A DNA stretch of 64,000 nucleotides from Epiperipatus broadwayi (taxonomy: Eukaryota > Animalia > Onychophora). Below the pieces are notes generated by a model. That model searched no databases. It saw only the letters and a list, made by a program, of their open reading frames with translations, and had not been told where the DNA came from. Both the position numbers and the translations under genes were made by a program. Below are positions 62,601-64,000 of this stretch, in pieces. The first letter of the stretch is position 1; the number at the start of each line of letters is the position of its first letter. The stretch is from positions 1,364,001-1,428,000 of the forward strand of contig JAQFVV010000009.1 in assembly GCA_028023455.1 (NCBI GenBank), read 5' to 3'.

Positions 62601-64000
62601 TAATATGTATTGAAGTAAAATTGTTACAATTATATTAATATACTTTAACACAATTTTGGGTTTTTGTGATAAATATTTGCCATGTTCTGAGGGTCCCTAA
62701 GACCAGTCAGATAGTGCTAAAAAAAACAAATAATATACTTATACATATATTATATGTAACAATATTTATTAATAAGATTAATAATGATGTAAGATCACAG
62801 GGGTAAACATCCAGATTACAAAACTACAATTTATTCTCGAGTGGAAATACCTTATTTCCAAGCGTAAATAGATATGGTTTTATGCTTAGTAATCTTTAGC
62901 ACTTGTACTACTATCAGAAAATGTATTTATAATTCTTTTAATGTATAACTAGCTTTAGCAGTTAAAAGTCTTTAATAGACAATAACTATTTCCATATTAA
63001 ATAACCTTTTACAGTTCCTTATTTACACATTTTCTTATGCAAACAATTTATACTATAACTTCAGCATCATAACTGTTATTAATTCCTCAAATGCAGTTTG
63101 ATAAATTTTTACTTATTCACACTTTCTTCAGAAAACCTTTTATTCGAGTATGGATGCTTCTTCTTCCAGCTTAACATTTTTGACAACTCAAGCATTCTGA
63201 ATCTTGTCACTATGGAGGAGTTATCCCCCACATTTTTGTTCAATTTATGTACAAATGTTGTTTAATTTAAATTTACTATTATAGTCTCTCTTTTTTGAAT
63301 TTCTATAGTAATTATAGAGAATATTTATGAGTGAATATAGTCAGTACTTATATATAACATAAATGCTTTTTAATTATACACACAAACATTCCACTCCATC
63401 TCCTACTCTAGAAATAAGAATTACTGTCAGACATAATCTTTAAACTTGACAGGTGGTCTGCATATTCATGGAGTTTTAGGAGTAACTATCTTGGCTTTGC
63501 CTATCTGAGTAGTTATAACTTTTTGCTCTTCCTGCATTATCTTTTTATTTTCCTTCAATTGTTTTTGATCTAGATCTTTATCTGTATTGCTCAATAAAAT
63601 ATCTTTTATGCTACTTTTCCCTCTAACATTGTATGGTAAAGTATTCCTATAACAACAGGGAAAATGATTAATATGTCTCCTCATTTCCTTTTTGTTTTGT
63701 AATTTTCTGTTCTTAATTGCATTAAATATGCTTTATTATATTGGGTATCTATTTATGTTTTAGTAGATCATGCATCCACATATTTCCCAATTATGATTTC
63801 TATCTCTTTTTCTAGTATTTGGTTAGTTTGGTCAAATGAATGCGGCAAAAGTGACACATTAATAAATCTGCTGGAGTCTTTTTTGTGGCTGAACTAGGTG
63901 ACTAATGCTAATTAAACATAGCATTCACCAAAGTTTGCAGTACATTTTTATTTTCATTTCTTCAACATGTTTTTTAAACATTGGACATCTTTTTCCTCAG

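Noticed and set aside
545-63684. Most 60-110 aa ORFs in the supplied track
   Set aside because: They are low-complexity F/I/L/K/N-rich products of AT-rich DNA, or antisense shadows of TE ORFs and palindromes, many with non-ATG starts. Only the PLE- and NIPAL-related ones are supported.

Overview
Very AT-rich, CpG-depleted animal (invertebrate-type) genomic DNA. The only host gene I can support is a NIPA-like (NIPAL2/3-type) Mg2+ transporter on the + strand. It has four short coding exons (15886-15954, 21736-21907, 42895-42954, 53090-53142) that splice in frame across 6-21 kb introns. The rest is nested, mostly decayed mobile DNA: Buster-type hAT remnants, RTE-like LINE remnants, solo LTRs and, above all, Penelope-like elements (PLEs; RT + C-terminal GIY-YIG) of at least three coding families. 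The most striking signal is a dense set of type-I hammerhead ribozyme (HHR) motifs, about seven unrelated sequence families and roughly 20 copies found by eye. They include: (i) a non-coding ~430-nt HHR monomer that occurs in tandem and in circular permutations with TSDs (retrozyme/circRNA-like); (ii) a PLE family whose terminal repeat carries a tRNA-derived Pol III box A/B module just upstream of its HHR; (iii) HHR cores with compensatory changes at the 3-8 pair (A3-U8 plus an extra U in one PLE lineage, U3-A8 in a 500-bp palindrome); and (iv) one fully canonical HHR in a 278-bp insertion, sense to the host pre-mRNA. All calls come from manual reading and no database search or folding was run. 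Boundaries of decayed elements are approximate.
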